Below are positions 11,082-20,292 of a stretch of 64,000 nt of DNA, one piece after another. The translations under genes were made by a program, and so were the position numbers. How positions within the stretch are numbered: position 1 is the first letter of the stretch; every line of letters begins with the position of its first letter. This DNA is from an uncultured Collinsella sp. (lineage in GTDB: Bacteria > Actinomycetota > Coriobacteriia > Coriobacteriales > Coriobacteriaceae), in assembly GCA_958405195.1 (NCBI GenBank), contig CATYDM010000004.1:12682-76681 (forward strand). Reading direction: 5' to 3'. The notes under the pieces were generated by a model. It was not told where the DNA came from, searched no databases, and worked only from the letters and a program-made list of their open reading frames with translations.

Positions 11082-11843
11082 ATGGATCAGATTTACGACA
11101 ACAGGTACTATTCCGCCGGTTCGCGTGAGCCGTCGCCTCGCCGTGCGCGCACGGTGCAGCTCGGTGGGTCCGCCTACGCCGGCGCCGACCGCTCCACGCA
11201 GCGCCCGACAAGTACCTCGCGCCCCAATGCTCATGTGAATACTTCGGCAGATGGACCGGTGCGCCCGGCACGTTCGACACATGCGTCGCGTCCCTCGGCC
11301 CAGACGCACGACAGGTCGAGCAGGCCTTCGAGCCGTCTTTCGGGCTCGGACTTTATGCGCTACGCCAACGACAATGCGGTGGTCAAGGCGATCTATGACT
11401 TTACGCATGGCTCTCTGCGTCCGCTGTTTATCGGTATCGTGGTGGCGCTGGCGCTCGTGAGCCTGTATTTTCCCGTACGCGACCTGTACGTGGCAAAACG
11501 CTCGAGCGACATCTTGGCCAAGCAGGTCGAGATTCGCCAGCAATACAATGATGAGCTGCAAAAAAGCGTCGACAAGCTGCTCTCGGAGGAGGGTATCAAG
11601 GACGCGGCGTCCGAGGACCTGGGCCTGGTGATGCCCGGCGAGAAGAAGATTGACGTGCTAGGCTTGGACGACGATTCGGACTCGTCGTCGAGCAAAAAGT
11701 CCTCAAACGCCAAGAAGGCCAGCGAAGTGGCCAAGGAAATCGAAGAAGTCGGCAAGGACGCGCCGTGGTACATCCAGGCGCTCGACATGCTGTTTGGGTT
11801 TAACGGCGTCGAGGGTCAGACGGTCGTGTCCAACGGCAAATAG
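11082..11843 (+). CDS. Septum formation initiator (FtsB/DivIC family) with disordered N-terminus
   Basis: Single TM, coiled coil, LGLVMPGE motif; conserved eno-divIC-ppx order. Confidence 0.8.
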   Translation: MDQIYDNRYYSAGSREPSPRRARTVQLGGSAYAGADRSTQRPTSTSRPNAHVNTSADGPVRPARSTHASRPSAQTHDRSSRPSSRLSGSDFMRYANDNAVVKAIYDFTHGSLRPLFIGIVVALALVSLYFPVRDLYVAKRSSDILAKQVEIRQQYNDELQKSVDKLLSEEGIKDAASEDLGLVMPGEKKIDVLGLDDDSDSSSSKKSSNAKKASEVAKEIEEVGKDAPWYIQALDMLFGFNGVEGQTVVSNGK

Positions 11844-11863
11844 CGCCCGGAGGGGAGCCCGCA

Positions 11864-12865
11864 ATGACAAATTGCAAACGCTATAAGGTGGCCGCGATCG
11901 ACCTGGGAACGGTGTCGTCGCGACTGGTGTTGGCCCAGGTCGAGGGCGGAGCGATTGTGGAATCGTCCAAGCATACCGAGATTACCGACCTGGGCGAGGG
12001 CGTGGACGCGACGGGCCGCTTTTGCGAGGCGGCCGTTGAGCGTGTGCTCGCTGCGTGCCGCATGTTTGTGGACGAGGCCCGTGCCTTTGGGGCCGCGTGC
12101 GTCTGCACCACGTGCACGAGCGCCGCGCGCGATGCGTCCAATGCCGCGCTGCTGCTGGACGGCCTGCGCGAGCTGGGGCTCGAGCCGCAGGTGATTCCGG
12201 GCGAGGTCGAGGCGCGCCTGACATTTTTTGGCGTGGCGCACGACTTTGCCGGTGAACGCATTATCGTCGCCGATTCGGGCGGCGGCTCCACGGAGCTCGC
12301 GACGGGCGTGTACGCGCCGGAGCGCGGGGTCTTTGCGCTGGAGGGAACGCGCTCGCTGGACATCGGTTGCCGTCGCGTGACCGAGCGGTTTTTCTCTGCG
12401 CTGCCGCCGTCGACGAACGAGCTTGCGGTTGCCGCCGCGTGGGCGGGCGAGCAGTTCTCCGCCTATTTTGAGGGCCTGCCCAGCGACTTTGAGCGCGCCG
12501 AGCGCCTCGTTGCGGTGGGCGGTACCGTCACCACGCTCGTGGCGCTGGTCCACGAACTGGAGCCGTACGACTCGAACTTTGTGCACCTGCGCGAGCTTTC
12601 GATGGAGAAGATTTCGGCCGCTATCGAGCGCATGTCTGCGTTGGATGTTGCAGGCATTGCCGCGTTGCCGGGCGTGCAGCCCAAGCGCGCGGGCGTGATT
12701 CTGGCCGGCGCCGTGGTGATTCGCGAGCTCATGCACGCCGGTGGCTACGATACGCTCACCGTAAGCGAGAACAGCCTCCTCGCCGGCATGGCCGCCACCA
12801 TCAACGAAACCCTCGACGGCGCGAACCCCACCATCGGCTGGACCCCGAGTCTGAGTGCTCTTTAA
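11864..12865 (+). CDS. ppx: Ppx/GppA family phosphatase
   Basis: AAIDLGT, TSAARDASN, EARLTF, DSGGGSTE, VGGT. Confidence 0.9.
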   Translation: MTNCKRYKVAAIDLGTVSSRLVLAQVEGGAIVESSKHTEITDLGEGVDATGRFCEAAVERVLAACRMFVDEARAFGAACVCTTCTSAARDASNAALLLDGLRELGLEPQVIPGEVEARLTFFGVAHDFAGERIIVADSGGGSTELATGVYAPERGVFALEGTRSLDIGCRRVTERFFSALPPSTNELAVAAAWAGEQFSAYFEGLPSDFERAERLVAVGGTVTTLVALVHELEPYDSNFVHLRELSMEKISAAIERMSALDVAGIAALPGVQPKRAGVILAGAVVIRELMHAGGYDTLTVSENSLLAGMAATINETLDGANPTIGWTPSLSAL

Positions 12866-12949
12866 CCGTCTTCCTCTGAGTTGCGGTGAAATAGTTCCTA
12901 AATAAGCTGGTAAACGGTATAAACAGGATATATTCCACCGCAACTTAGA

Positions 12950-13210
12950 GCCCCGCCGGCGTGTAAAAGAAACGAGCCCGCATCCCTGGGGAACACGGGC
13001 TCGTAAAAGCCAAATGGTAGGGGCGGTGGGACGTCTGCGTATTTGCTGCGCAAATACGCACCGGCTTCGGACGCCTGCCGGCGCCCTCGCCGGCTCGCTG
13101 CGGACGCTGCGCGTCCGCTTGACGCTCGCCCCCTCGCGGGTTCGAGTCCCACCGGCATCTAAAAGAAACGAGCCCGCATCCCTTGGGGACACGGGCTCGA
13201 AAGCTCCATA
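12950..13210 (-). repeat. Duplicated tRNA 3' end plus terminator (period 196 bp) flanking a structured spacer
   Basis: ATGGTAGGGGCGGTGGGAC at 13014-13032 and 13210-13228; AAAGAAACGAGCCCGCATCCC..ACACGGGCTCG hairpin twice. Confidence 0.85.
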
Positions 13211-13295
13211 TGGTAGGGGCGGTGGGACTCGAACCCACAATCCTTGCGGCGAGAGATTTTAAGTCTCCTGCGTATGCCAATTCCGCCACGCCCCC
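13211..13295 (-). tRNA. tRNA-Leu (anticodon TAA)
   Basis: GGGGGCGTGGCGGAATTGGCATACGCAGGAGACTTAAAATCTCT...GGTTCGAGTCCCACCGCCCCTACCA; long variable arm, encoded CCA. Confidence 0.97.
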
Positions 13296-13326
13296 GTGAG
13301 ACTAGAAGTCTAGCACAAGCCGTCCG

Positions 13327-13950
13327 TTACGCGTTGACGGCCATCGAGTGTTGGCCCGACTTCTCCAGGAACTCCTGGAACTTGGCTTCGTCGCCCTTGT
13401 TCTGGTACTGCAGGGCTAGCAGGTACTCCAAGCGGCAGCGCTTGACCGGGTCGTCGCCGACATCCTCGAGCATGCGCTCCAGCTCGGGAATGTCGTTGTG
13501 GCGCTTGAGGATCATCGTGTCGTACATCAGCTGACACTCGTGCGCAACTGCCTCGGCCTGACCGCCCTCAAAGCCCTTGATCTCGTGCAACAGCTCTTTG
13601 GACTTTTTGCGGTCCTCCTGGCCAACATAGTAGTTAAAGGCCTTAATCACCAAGTCGACGCGCTGCATCTTGGGGAGGTTGAGTCCCAGCAGTAGGTCGA
13701 ACATCTCGCTGGCGCGCTCGTGGTCCTCGCGCAGCAGATAGGAGTTCAGACGCAGGTAGTCGCGGTTGTAGCGCGGGTACAGCATGCTGGTGAGTTTGCC
13801 GTTGAGCAAACGATCGAACTCGTCCCACTGCTTGGCAGCCATAAGCTGCTGCAGGCGCTTAAACGTGGTGCGTTTTTTGACGCTAAAGAACACCGACACG
13901 GCGATGCAGATGATAACGACGGCGGTCCAGAGGGTGCGGGAATCGGGCAT
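13327..13950 (-). CDS. Membrane-anchored helical-repeat (TPR-like) hypothetical protein
   Basis: N-terminal TM helix then amphipathic helices; genome-like codon usage. Confidence 0.75.
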   Translation of the reverse strand: MPDSRTLWTAVVIICIAVSVFFSVKKRTTFKRLQQLMAAKQWDEFDRLLNGKLTSMLYPRYNRDYLRLNSYLLREDHERASEMFDLLLGLNLPKMQRVDLVIKAFNYYVGQEDRKKSKELLHEIKGFEGGQAEAVAHECQLMYDTMILKRHNDIPELERMLEDVGDDPVKRCRLEYLLALQYQNKGDEAKFQEFLEKSGQHSMAVNA

Positions 13951-14113
13951 ATTAGGGTCCTTAGTCGCTCATAAAGCGAGCGGTATGACAACACGTACTA
14001 GATGTATTATACGCAGCGCGCAAGCAAACTGGCATAAAAGCTCATCGAGGCCGAGTGCCATCGCTCGCTGCGGTACACTTACCTAAAGTAAACCATGAAG
14101 GGAGACATTACCT

Positions 14114-14401
14114 ATGAAGAAGATCGTTTTGGCTTGCGGTGCTGGCGCTGCTACTTCCACGCTCGTTGCCCAGAAGGTCGCTACTCTGCTCGACGCCAAC
14201 GGTTATGCCGACAAGTACGAGATCGTGCAGTGCGCCATCTCCGAGGCCAAGGATTACTGCGACGAGGGCGCCGACCTGCTGATCGCCACCACCGTTGCCC
14301 CCGAGGGCCTCACCTGCCCGTACGTGAGCGGCGTGCCCTTCATGACTGGCATGAACCGCGTCGCTGCCGAGAAGGCCGTTCTCGACGTCATGGCTCAGTA
14401 G
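14114..14401 (+). CDS. PTS enzyme IIB component (galactitol/ascorbate/lactose-type fold)
   Basis: IVLACGAGAATST phosphoacceptor loop. Confidence 0.88.
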   Translation: MKKIVLACGAGAATSTLVAQKVATLLDANGYADKYEIVQCAISEAKDYCDEGADLLIATTVAPEGLTCPYVSGVPFMTGMNRVAAEKAVLDVMAQ

Positions 14402-14412
14402 GCGCTGACTGT

Positions 14413-14787
14413 ATGAATGAGCAGAACGCCAATCCGGTCGAGCTCTTTGGCATGCGCGTTGCCCATGTGGGCATTAACGCCACCGACCCGGCAGACGCCC
14501 TGGAGATCGCGGAGCTGTTCTCGACGATGATGGGCCTGCCCGTCATCGAGACCCCGGTTTCGTACTTCAACGATTCGCTGGTCGAGATCATGAAGCAGAA
14601 CGGTCGTGGCACCAAAGGCCACATCGGCTTTGCCGTTAACGACATCGATGCAGCTGAGAAGTGGTTTGCCGAGCGCGGGCTCGAGGTCAACGAAGAGTCG
14701 CGCGTGCTGCTGCCCGACGGCGGCACCAAGCTCGTGTACTTTAAGCGCGAGTTCGCCGGCTTCGCCGTGCACCTGTGCCGCGAGTAG
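14413..14787 (+). CDS. VOC/glyoxalase-fold protein
   Basis: AHVGIN, EIMK, GHIGFAVNDIDAA, LVYF..E..GFAVHL. Confidence 0.75.
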   Translation: MNEQNANPVELFGMRVAHVGINATDPADALEIAELFSTMMGLPVIETPVSYFNDSLVEIMKQNGRGTKGHIGFAVNDIDAAEKWFAERGLEVNEESRVLLPDGGTKLVYFKREFAGFAVHLCRE

Positions 14788-14811
14788 CGCACAAGCTGCC
14801 ATAGCTAGCAA

Positions 14812-14843
14812 AAAGGGATAGGGCCACGTGGCCCTATCCCTTT
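14812..14843. terminator. Bidirectional terminator
   Basis: Perfect palindrome AAAGGGATAGGGCCACGTGGCCCTATCCCTTT between convergent genes. Confidence 0.8.
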
Positions 14844-14862
14844 ATTTATGCCGAGGGGCTTC

Positions 14863-16158
14863 CTATCGTGGCAGGCGAATCGTAAAGCGGCTGCCGACGC
14901 CCTCGACTGAGGTCACGCCAATGACACCACCATGGCTATCGACGATCCACTTGGCAATGGCAAGCCCCAGACCCGAGCCCTGCGCGCCGGCATCGCGTGC
15001 GTTGTCGGCGCGGTAGAACCGTTCAAACGCGTGAGCTGCGGATTCCTGGTTCATGCCGATGCCCTCGTCCTCAACGCTTATGTCGATCGTGCCCGCGCCC
15101 GCATCCGGCGTCACGCCAAACGAGATGGATGTGCCCGCGCCCGAATACTTGGCGGCGTTCTGCACGATCACGCGCAGGGCCTGCTTCACGAGCGCCACGT
15201 CAACGGGCGCGTCGCAGCGCGGGTCGCTGACAAGCGCAGCGTCAAAGGCCAGCCGATACGTGTGCTCGGTATCGATCATCTGCGATTCCTCGCATACCTC
15301 GTCGACCAGTGCGGCAAGGTTGGTATTTGCGCGCCGCAGGACCGTGCGCCCGGCATCGCCGCGCGCCAAAAACAGCAGCTGCTCCACGAGCTCTTGCATG
15401 TGCTCGCTTTCAGCCTTGAGGGACGCGATGGACTCCGCCAGCACGTCCGGGTCGTCTTTGCCCCAGCGGTCGAGCATGTTTACGTAGCCCTGAATCACCG
15501 CGATGGGCGTGCGCAGTTCGTGGCTTGCATCGTTGACAAAGCGCATTTGCTGCAGCTTGGCTTCTTGCATCTGGTGCAGCAGGCGGTTGAGTGCGACCTC
15601 GATGCTTGCCAGGTCGGCGTCGCCGGTGGTGACGCTCGGCGAGTCGACGCTTGCGCGCTCGAAGGCCTGCTCCAGCGTTTCCATCTTGCCGCCGGAGAGC
15701 TGCATACGGCCGAGCTCGTCCACGCGCAAGGCCAGGTCGTTGAGCGGCGCCATGGTGCGGCGCACGCGCCTCGCGCCGCCGAGCATGTTGAGCACGCTGA
15801 TGACCTGCCAACCCACAACGACAAGGTAGAGAGGCCATAGCGCGACGAGGTCCTGCGCGAGGGGGAAAGTCTTGGTGGTACGCGCAAGCTCGACGGTATA
15901 GGTGAGCGTTGCCAGGTCCCAGCCGCGCGCAGGCGCCAGCGTCATGCCGCGAACGGTGGCGCTGGGGATCCATCCTGCGGTAAACGCGCCGTTGGGCAGC
16001 GTCTGGTTGTATCCATAGACAAGGATCGCCGCCACAATCACTACTAGCAGCAGGTCGAGCCAAACGTAGCTCATCAAGCGGCGCCACATATAGCTCCAGT
16101 TGATGGCGCGGGCGATGGATGTGACGCGCTTGGCTTCGGCGTTACGCGCGGCAGACAT
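14863..16158 (-). CDS. Sensor histidine kinase
   Basis: Two TMs, DASHELRTP, NAAKY, DEGIG, FERFYR, GSGLGLAI. Confidence 0.95.
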   Translation of the reverse strand: MSAARNAEAKRVTSIARAINWSYMWRRLMSYVWLDLLLVVIVAAILVYGYNQTLPNGAFTAGWIPSATVRGMTLAPARGWDLATLTYTVELARTTKTFPLAQDLVALWPLYLVVVGWQVISVLNMLGGARRVRRTMAPLNDLALRVDELGRMQLSGGKMETLEQAFERASVDSPSVTTGDADLASIEVALNRLLHQMQEAKLQQMRFVNDASHELRTPIAVIQGYVNMLDRWGKDDPDVLAESIASLKAESEHMQELVEQLLFLARGDAGRTVLRRANTNLAALVDEVCEESQMIDTEHTYRLAFDAALVSDPRCDAPVDVALVKQALRVIVQNAAKYSGAGTSISFGVTPDAGAGTIDISVEDEGIGMNQESAAHAFERFYRADNARDAGAQGSGLGLAIAKWIVDSHGGVIGVTSVEGVGSRFTIRLPR

Positions 16159-16921
16159 AGCCCACCCCGCGCACGGTCTGGATGATGCGGGTACCACCGG
16201 CGTCCTCGATCTTGGCGCGCAGGTGCGCGATGTGCACGTCGACGTTGTTGGTGTCGCCTACGTAGTCGTAGCCCAGCGCCTCGTGCGCGATGCGCTCGCG
16301 CGTGAGCACGGTCTCGGCATGCGCCATAAGCAGGGCGAGGACATCGAACTCGCGGGCCGTGAGCGCGATGGGCGAGCCGCCGACCGTGACTTCGCGGCGG
16401 TCGGGGTCGAGCACGACTGAGCCAACGGTGAGCGTAGCGGGGGAGGGCGAGGCGGAAGCCTGGGCCGAGTCGCTGACCGGGGGTATCGCAGCGGCGCCGA
16501 CGCCCGTGCCGCTCGCTACGTCCGCCCCAACGCCGCCAACGCCCGAAGCCGCCCGCACGGCCTCCGAGCGCTTCAGCGCCACGCGGATCCGGGCGAACAG
16601 TTCCTCAATCGCAAATGGCTTGGTCAGGTAATCGTCGGCGCCGGCATCGAGCCCGGCAACCTTGTCCATCACGGCATCGCGCGCGGTGACCATAATCACC
16701 GGCACATCCTTGTGCTTGCGGACGCGTCGCAGCACCTCCATGCCGTTGAGCTGCGGTAACAGCACATCGAGCAGAATCAGATCGTAGTTGCGCTCCAGCG
16801 CCAGGTCCACGGCGGTGCGGCCGTCGGCGGCGTGCTCCACCTGGTAGCCCTCGTGCTCCAGCTCGAGCGTCACAAAGCGGGCGATTTTCTCCTCGTCCTC
16901 TACGATCAGGATCCGTGCCAT
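16142..16921 (-). CDS. OmpR-family response regulator
   Basis: Receiver (IVEDE, LLD, KPF) plus winged helix (VDVHIAHLRAKI, TVRGVGY); long Gly/Ala/Ser linker. Confidence 0.96.
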   Translation of the reverse strand: MARILIVEDEEKIARFVTLELEHEGYQVEHAADGRTAVDLALERNYDLILLDVLLPQLNGMEVLRRVRKHKDVPVIMVTARDAVMDKVAGLDAGADDYLTKPFAIEELFARIRVALKRSEAVRAASGVGGVGADVASGTGVGAAAIPPVSDSAQASASPSPATLTVGSVVLDPDRREVTVGGSPIALTAREFDVLALLMAHAETVLTRERIAHEALGYDYVGDTNNVDVHIAHLRAKIEDAGGTRIIQTVRGVGYVCRA

Positions 16922-16939
16922 GCGTGCCCCCGTCTGCGA

Positions 16940-17482
16940 TTACTTGTCGTCGTTGAGATTTTGCTTGATGTCGTCCGCGGCATCGGCAGCGTGATTCATA
17001 AGGTTGTTGATGCTGCCGGGCACGTCGCCGTCGCTGTCGATGCGGTAGCGCATGCCAAAGAACAGGCCAATCAGCATCAGCCATATCGTGGCGCCCCAGG
17101 CAAACAGCGCGACGATGGGGATCAGGATGGGAATGTTGAGGATGATCGCGTCGCGGCGCGTGGCAATAAACTTGGTGTCCAGGCTCAGGCGGAAGAGCTT
17201 TTTGAGGTACTCCCACACGCTGTCCATCTTCTTGGAGAAGTCGGTCTTTTCGCTCGACTTTTCGTAGGCTGCCTGCGCGGCGACCATCTCGGCAGAGGGC
17301 TCATCGACTGGCACGGACTCGGTGGCGGCGTGCGCCGACGTGGTCTGGGTCTTGCCCTGCGACTCGAGCCAAATGATGGCATCCAGAACGTTACCGTCGG
17401 CGGCGTCGAGTGCGGCCTTGGCATCGGTGTAGCTCACGCTGCACTTGGTGCGGATGGTTTCAACTTTTTCGAGGTCGTCCAT
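16940..17482 (-). CDS. UBA-like N-terminal domain membrane protein (DUF4342-like)
   Basis: LEKVETIR..C.VSY.DAK.AL..ADGNVLDAII.LE followed by hydrophobic segment. Confidence 0.75.
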   Translation of the reverse strand: MDDLEKVETIRTKCSVSYTDAKAALDAADGNVLDAIIWLESQGKTQTTSAHAATESVPVDEPSAEMVAAQAAYEKSSEKTDFSKKMDSVWEYLKKLFRLSLDTKFIATRRDAIILNIPILIPIVALFAWGATIWLMLIGLFFGMRYRIDSDGDVPGSINNLMNHAADAADDIKQNLNDDK

Positions 17483-17603
17483 GACCTGTCCTTTCGTTCG
17501 ATGGGCGCGACGCCGGGCGATCTGCCCGGGCGCGAGCGTTGCGTTCGGCGGCCTGCGTTGCGCCGCTCCGCCCTTGGTCGAACTCTATAGTGCAGGTTAT
17601 AGA

Positions 17604-17630
17604 TTAAGCGATTCTTGAGCCAAGATTAAT
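17604..17630 (-). promoter_or_regulatory. Three TT(A/G)A(G/T) direct repeats at 11-bp period; candidate OmpR-family binding site
   Basis: TTAAG-N6-TTGAG-N6-TTAAT upstream of the DUF4342/RR/HK operon. Confidence 0.5.
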
Positions 17631-17691
17631 GTTGGATGAGTTTTTGCGCGGCGGTGGGGAAGGGAGAGGTGTCTTTCTGGATAGCTAGCAG

Positions 17692-17875
17692 CGAGGTCTA
17701 ATACTTTTCCCGAGAAGTGAACGAGCTAAAACGGACCCCCGAAGCATCGACACTTTAAAGGTGCCGCTTCCTGCGGTTTCGGCGCTGAAATCCTGCGATT
17801 TTGCCGCCGAAAAATGCGGATGTTTCAGGGGTTCAAAAACAGCCGTTCACTTCTCGGGAAAAGTATTAGACCTCG
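17692..17875. mobile_element. MITE-like element, 184 bp, perfect 32-bp terminal inverted repeats
   Basis: CGAGGTCTAATACTTTTCCCGAGAAGTGAACG and its exact reverse complement; non-coding lower-GC interior. Confidence 0.7.
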
Positions 17876-18035
17876 ATAGCGGGGGATGTGGTGCCGGTGC
17901 AATACGGCGTCAAAGGTTGGTCGAGCAGGCGGTTTCTCCATTGATGTCCGCACGGCATGTGACACTTACCCTGCCGCTCTGCTCTGCCGCGGCGGCGCGA
18001 ATTCAAGCAACGACCTTCTAAGGAGTTCGATATCG

Positions 18036-18275
18036 ATGAGTGACAACGCAAAGCATCTCGCAAAGAAGTGCGTTAAGGACGCGGGGCCGTGCCTCGCGTT
18101 GTGCCTTGCCGGCGCAGCGGTCGCGCTGCTGGCTGTTCTTGGGCCATTCGACGTGCTCCGAAGTGCCAGTTCCCTGCACGTTTGCATGGCCCTTGCCGGC
18201 GCCATGATGACCGGCGGCGTGCTCGATCTGATTTTTTGGGTGCTTGACCCGTTTGGATGGAAGAACGAGGGGTGA
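18036..18275 (+). CDS. Small two-TM hypothetical membrane protein
   Basis: AAGGAG SD; two hydrophobic segments. Confidence 0.55.
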   Translation: MSDNAKHLAKKCVKDAGPCLALCLAGAAVALLAVLGPFDVLRSASSLHVCMALAGAMMTGGVLDLIFWVLDPFGWKNEG

Positions 18276-18360
18276 GCCCTAAGGGATGGAAGGACTGGAA
18301 CGGTTAGCTTAGTGATCGTGCAGAATGCGGGCTAGCGACTTACAGGGAAGTGGTAATCCG

Positions 18361-19086
18361 ATGACGGTCTATGTAACAGGCGATATTCACGGCGGTGCCG
18401 ACATGCAAAAGCTTCGCGACTGGGAGCTTGGGGATAGTCTGACGAGCGACGACTATCTCATCGTCGCGGGCGACTTTGGCTTTCCGTGGGATTTCTCTGC
18501 CGAGGAATGCGCCGATATCGCTTGGCTGGAGTCGCGCCCCTATACGTTGCTGTTCGTCGACGGCAACCACGAACGTTTCGATCACTGGGCGGAGCGTCCC
18601 ATGGAACTGTGGCACGGCGGCCTGACGCAGCGCCTGTCGGACACCTCGCCCATCCGACGCCTGACGCGCGGCGAGGTTTTTGAGCTCGACGGCTCAACGA
18701 TCTTTACCATGGGCGGCGCCACGAGCGTGGACAAGGAATACCGCATTCCGTATTCCAGCTGGTGGCCGCAGGAGCTGCCGGACGAGCGCAACTTTGAGGA
18801 GGCGCGGGCAAAGCTCGACAGCGTGGGCTGGACGGTCGACTACGTGATCACCCACACCTGCTCTACGCGCATGCTTTCGTCCACGCTTTATCCAGCGCCC
18901 GGCTGGAATTGCCCCTCCGTTGATCGGCTTACGGCATTTTTCGATGAGCTGGAAGACCGCTTGGACTACAAGCGCTGGTACTACGGGCATTTTCATCGGG
19001 ATACCAACCCGGCCGAGCGTCACACCGTGCTCTACGACCGCATCGTTCGCTTGGGCGACGAACTCCAGCCCTGGGATGTTGCGTAG
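18361..19086 (+). CDS. Calcineurin-like metallophosphoesterase
   Basis: GDIHG, GDFG, DGNHE, THT, GHFH. Confidence 0.9.
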   Translation: MTVYVTGDIHGGADMQKLRDWELGDSLTSDDYLIVAGDFGFPWDFSAEECADIAWLESRPYTLLFVDGNHERFDHWAERPMELWHGGLTQRLSDTSPIRRLTRGEVFELDGSTIFTMGGATSVDKEYRIPYSSWWPQELPDERNFEEARAKLDSVGWTVDYVITHTCSTRMLSSTLYPAPGWNCPSVDRLTAFFDELEDRLDYKRWYYGHFHRDTNPAERHTVLYDRIVRLGDELQPWDVA

Positions 19087-19101
19087 AGGCGGGGTGGCTG
19101 G

Positions 19102-20121
19102 CTACTCGACCGTTACAGTGATGTTTTCCCGGTGCGCGCGGATAACATCCCAGCTAAAGTGCTCGACCAGTTGCTCGGCAGAGCGCGGCGTGGCGTCCGG
19201 CGCGATGCCCGTTTGCCCGGCGAGCCAGCCCAGCAGTGCTTCGGGCGTACCAAAGCGGGCGCGGAGCTCGCCCAGGTCCAGATCGCGGTCGCGCTTGGAA
19301 AGGCGGCGGCCGTCCGGCGACATGAGCAGCGGAATGTGCGCGTAGCGCGGTGTGGGCAGCCCCAGCAGATGCTGTAGGTAGATTTGGCGGGGCGTGGAGC
19401 CCAGCAGGTCGCATCCGCGTACGATCTCGGTAATACCCATGGCGGCGTCATCGACCACCACGGCCAGCTGATAGGCAAACACGCCGTCGCTGCGGCGCAC
19501 CAAAAAGTCGCCGCACTCGGTGGCGAGTGCCTCGCATTGGGCCCCGTACGTGCGGTCCACGAATTCGATCACGTCGCCCGCGAGGTCGTCGACGACGGGC
19601 ACGCGCAGGCGCGTGGCCGGAGCGCGCAGGATGCTGCGGCGGGCAACCTCTTCGACAGAAAGGCCTCGGCAGGCGCCGCGGTAGATGGGTGTGCCGTCGC
19701 TCGCGTGCGGTGCGCTCGCGGCGTGGAGTTCGGCGCGCGTGCAAAAGCAGGGATAGGTGAGGCCGGCGTCTTGCAGCTGGCGCAGGGCGTCCTCGTACAG
19801 GTCCAGGCGATCGTGCTGGTAGTAGGGGCCTTCGTCCCACTCAAGCCCCAGCCAAGCTAGGTCGTCAATCAATTGGGCGGCAAGTTCCGGGCGCTTGCAG
19901 CGATCGTCCAGGTCCTCGATGCGCAGCACGATGCTGCCGCCCTGGCTGCGGGCCGAAAGCCACGCGCACAGGCAGCTGAACACGTTGCCCAGGTGCATGC
20001 GGCCCGAGGGCGACGGGGCAAAACGGCCCACGGCAGGCGCGAGGGCGGGGTCGAGCTTGCTGTTGGGCGCCGTCGACGTGGCCACGGCGGGCGTTGCTAT
20101 GTTACATGCGTTGATATCCAT
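19102..20121 (-). CDS. gluQ: Glutamyl-queuosine tRNA(Asp) synthetase
   Basis: RFAPSPSG.MHLGN, YPCFCTR, YQLAVVVDD, RLSKR; no anticodon-binding domain. Confidence 0.93.
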   Translation of the reverse strand: MDINACNIATPAVATSTAPNSKLDPALAPAVGRFAPSPSGRMHLGNVFSCLCAWLSARSQGGSIVLRIEDLDDRCKRPELAAQLIDDLAWLGLEWDEGPYYQHDRLDLYEDALRQLQDAGLTYPCFCTRAELHAASAPHASDGTPIYRGACRGLSVEEVARRSILRAPATRLRVPVVDDLAGDVIEFVDRTYGAQCEALATECGDFLVRRSDGVFAYQLAVVVDDAAMGITEIVRGCDLLGSTPRQIYLQHLLGLPTPRYAHIPLLMSPDGRRLSKRDRDLDLGELRARFGTPEALLGWLAGQTGIAPDATPRSAEQLVEHFSWDVIRAHRENITVTVE

Positions 20122-20256
20122 GCGGACGAGTATAGCGCGGGGTGAGGTGGGGGGCGTCGTCGATGCTCGCGAGTTGCCGAGGCTGCGTGTTGTGCGTGCC
20201 GGACCACCGGCTCGGCACCTTAATCATCGTCAATCAATCTAGCCCTCAAACGACAG

Positions 20257-20292
20257 AAACCCCGGCAGCTCTTCGCAACTGCCGGGGTTTCC
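20257..20292. terminator. Strong hairpin, terminator-like on the minus strand
   Basis: GAAACCCCGGCAG-N10-CTGCCGGGGTTTC. Confidence 0.6.

Noticed and set aside
13135..13160. Second tRNA on the plus strand
   Set aside because: Only a T-arm-like segment; no D-arm, anticodon arm or CCA
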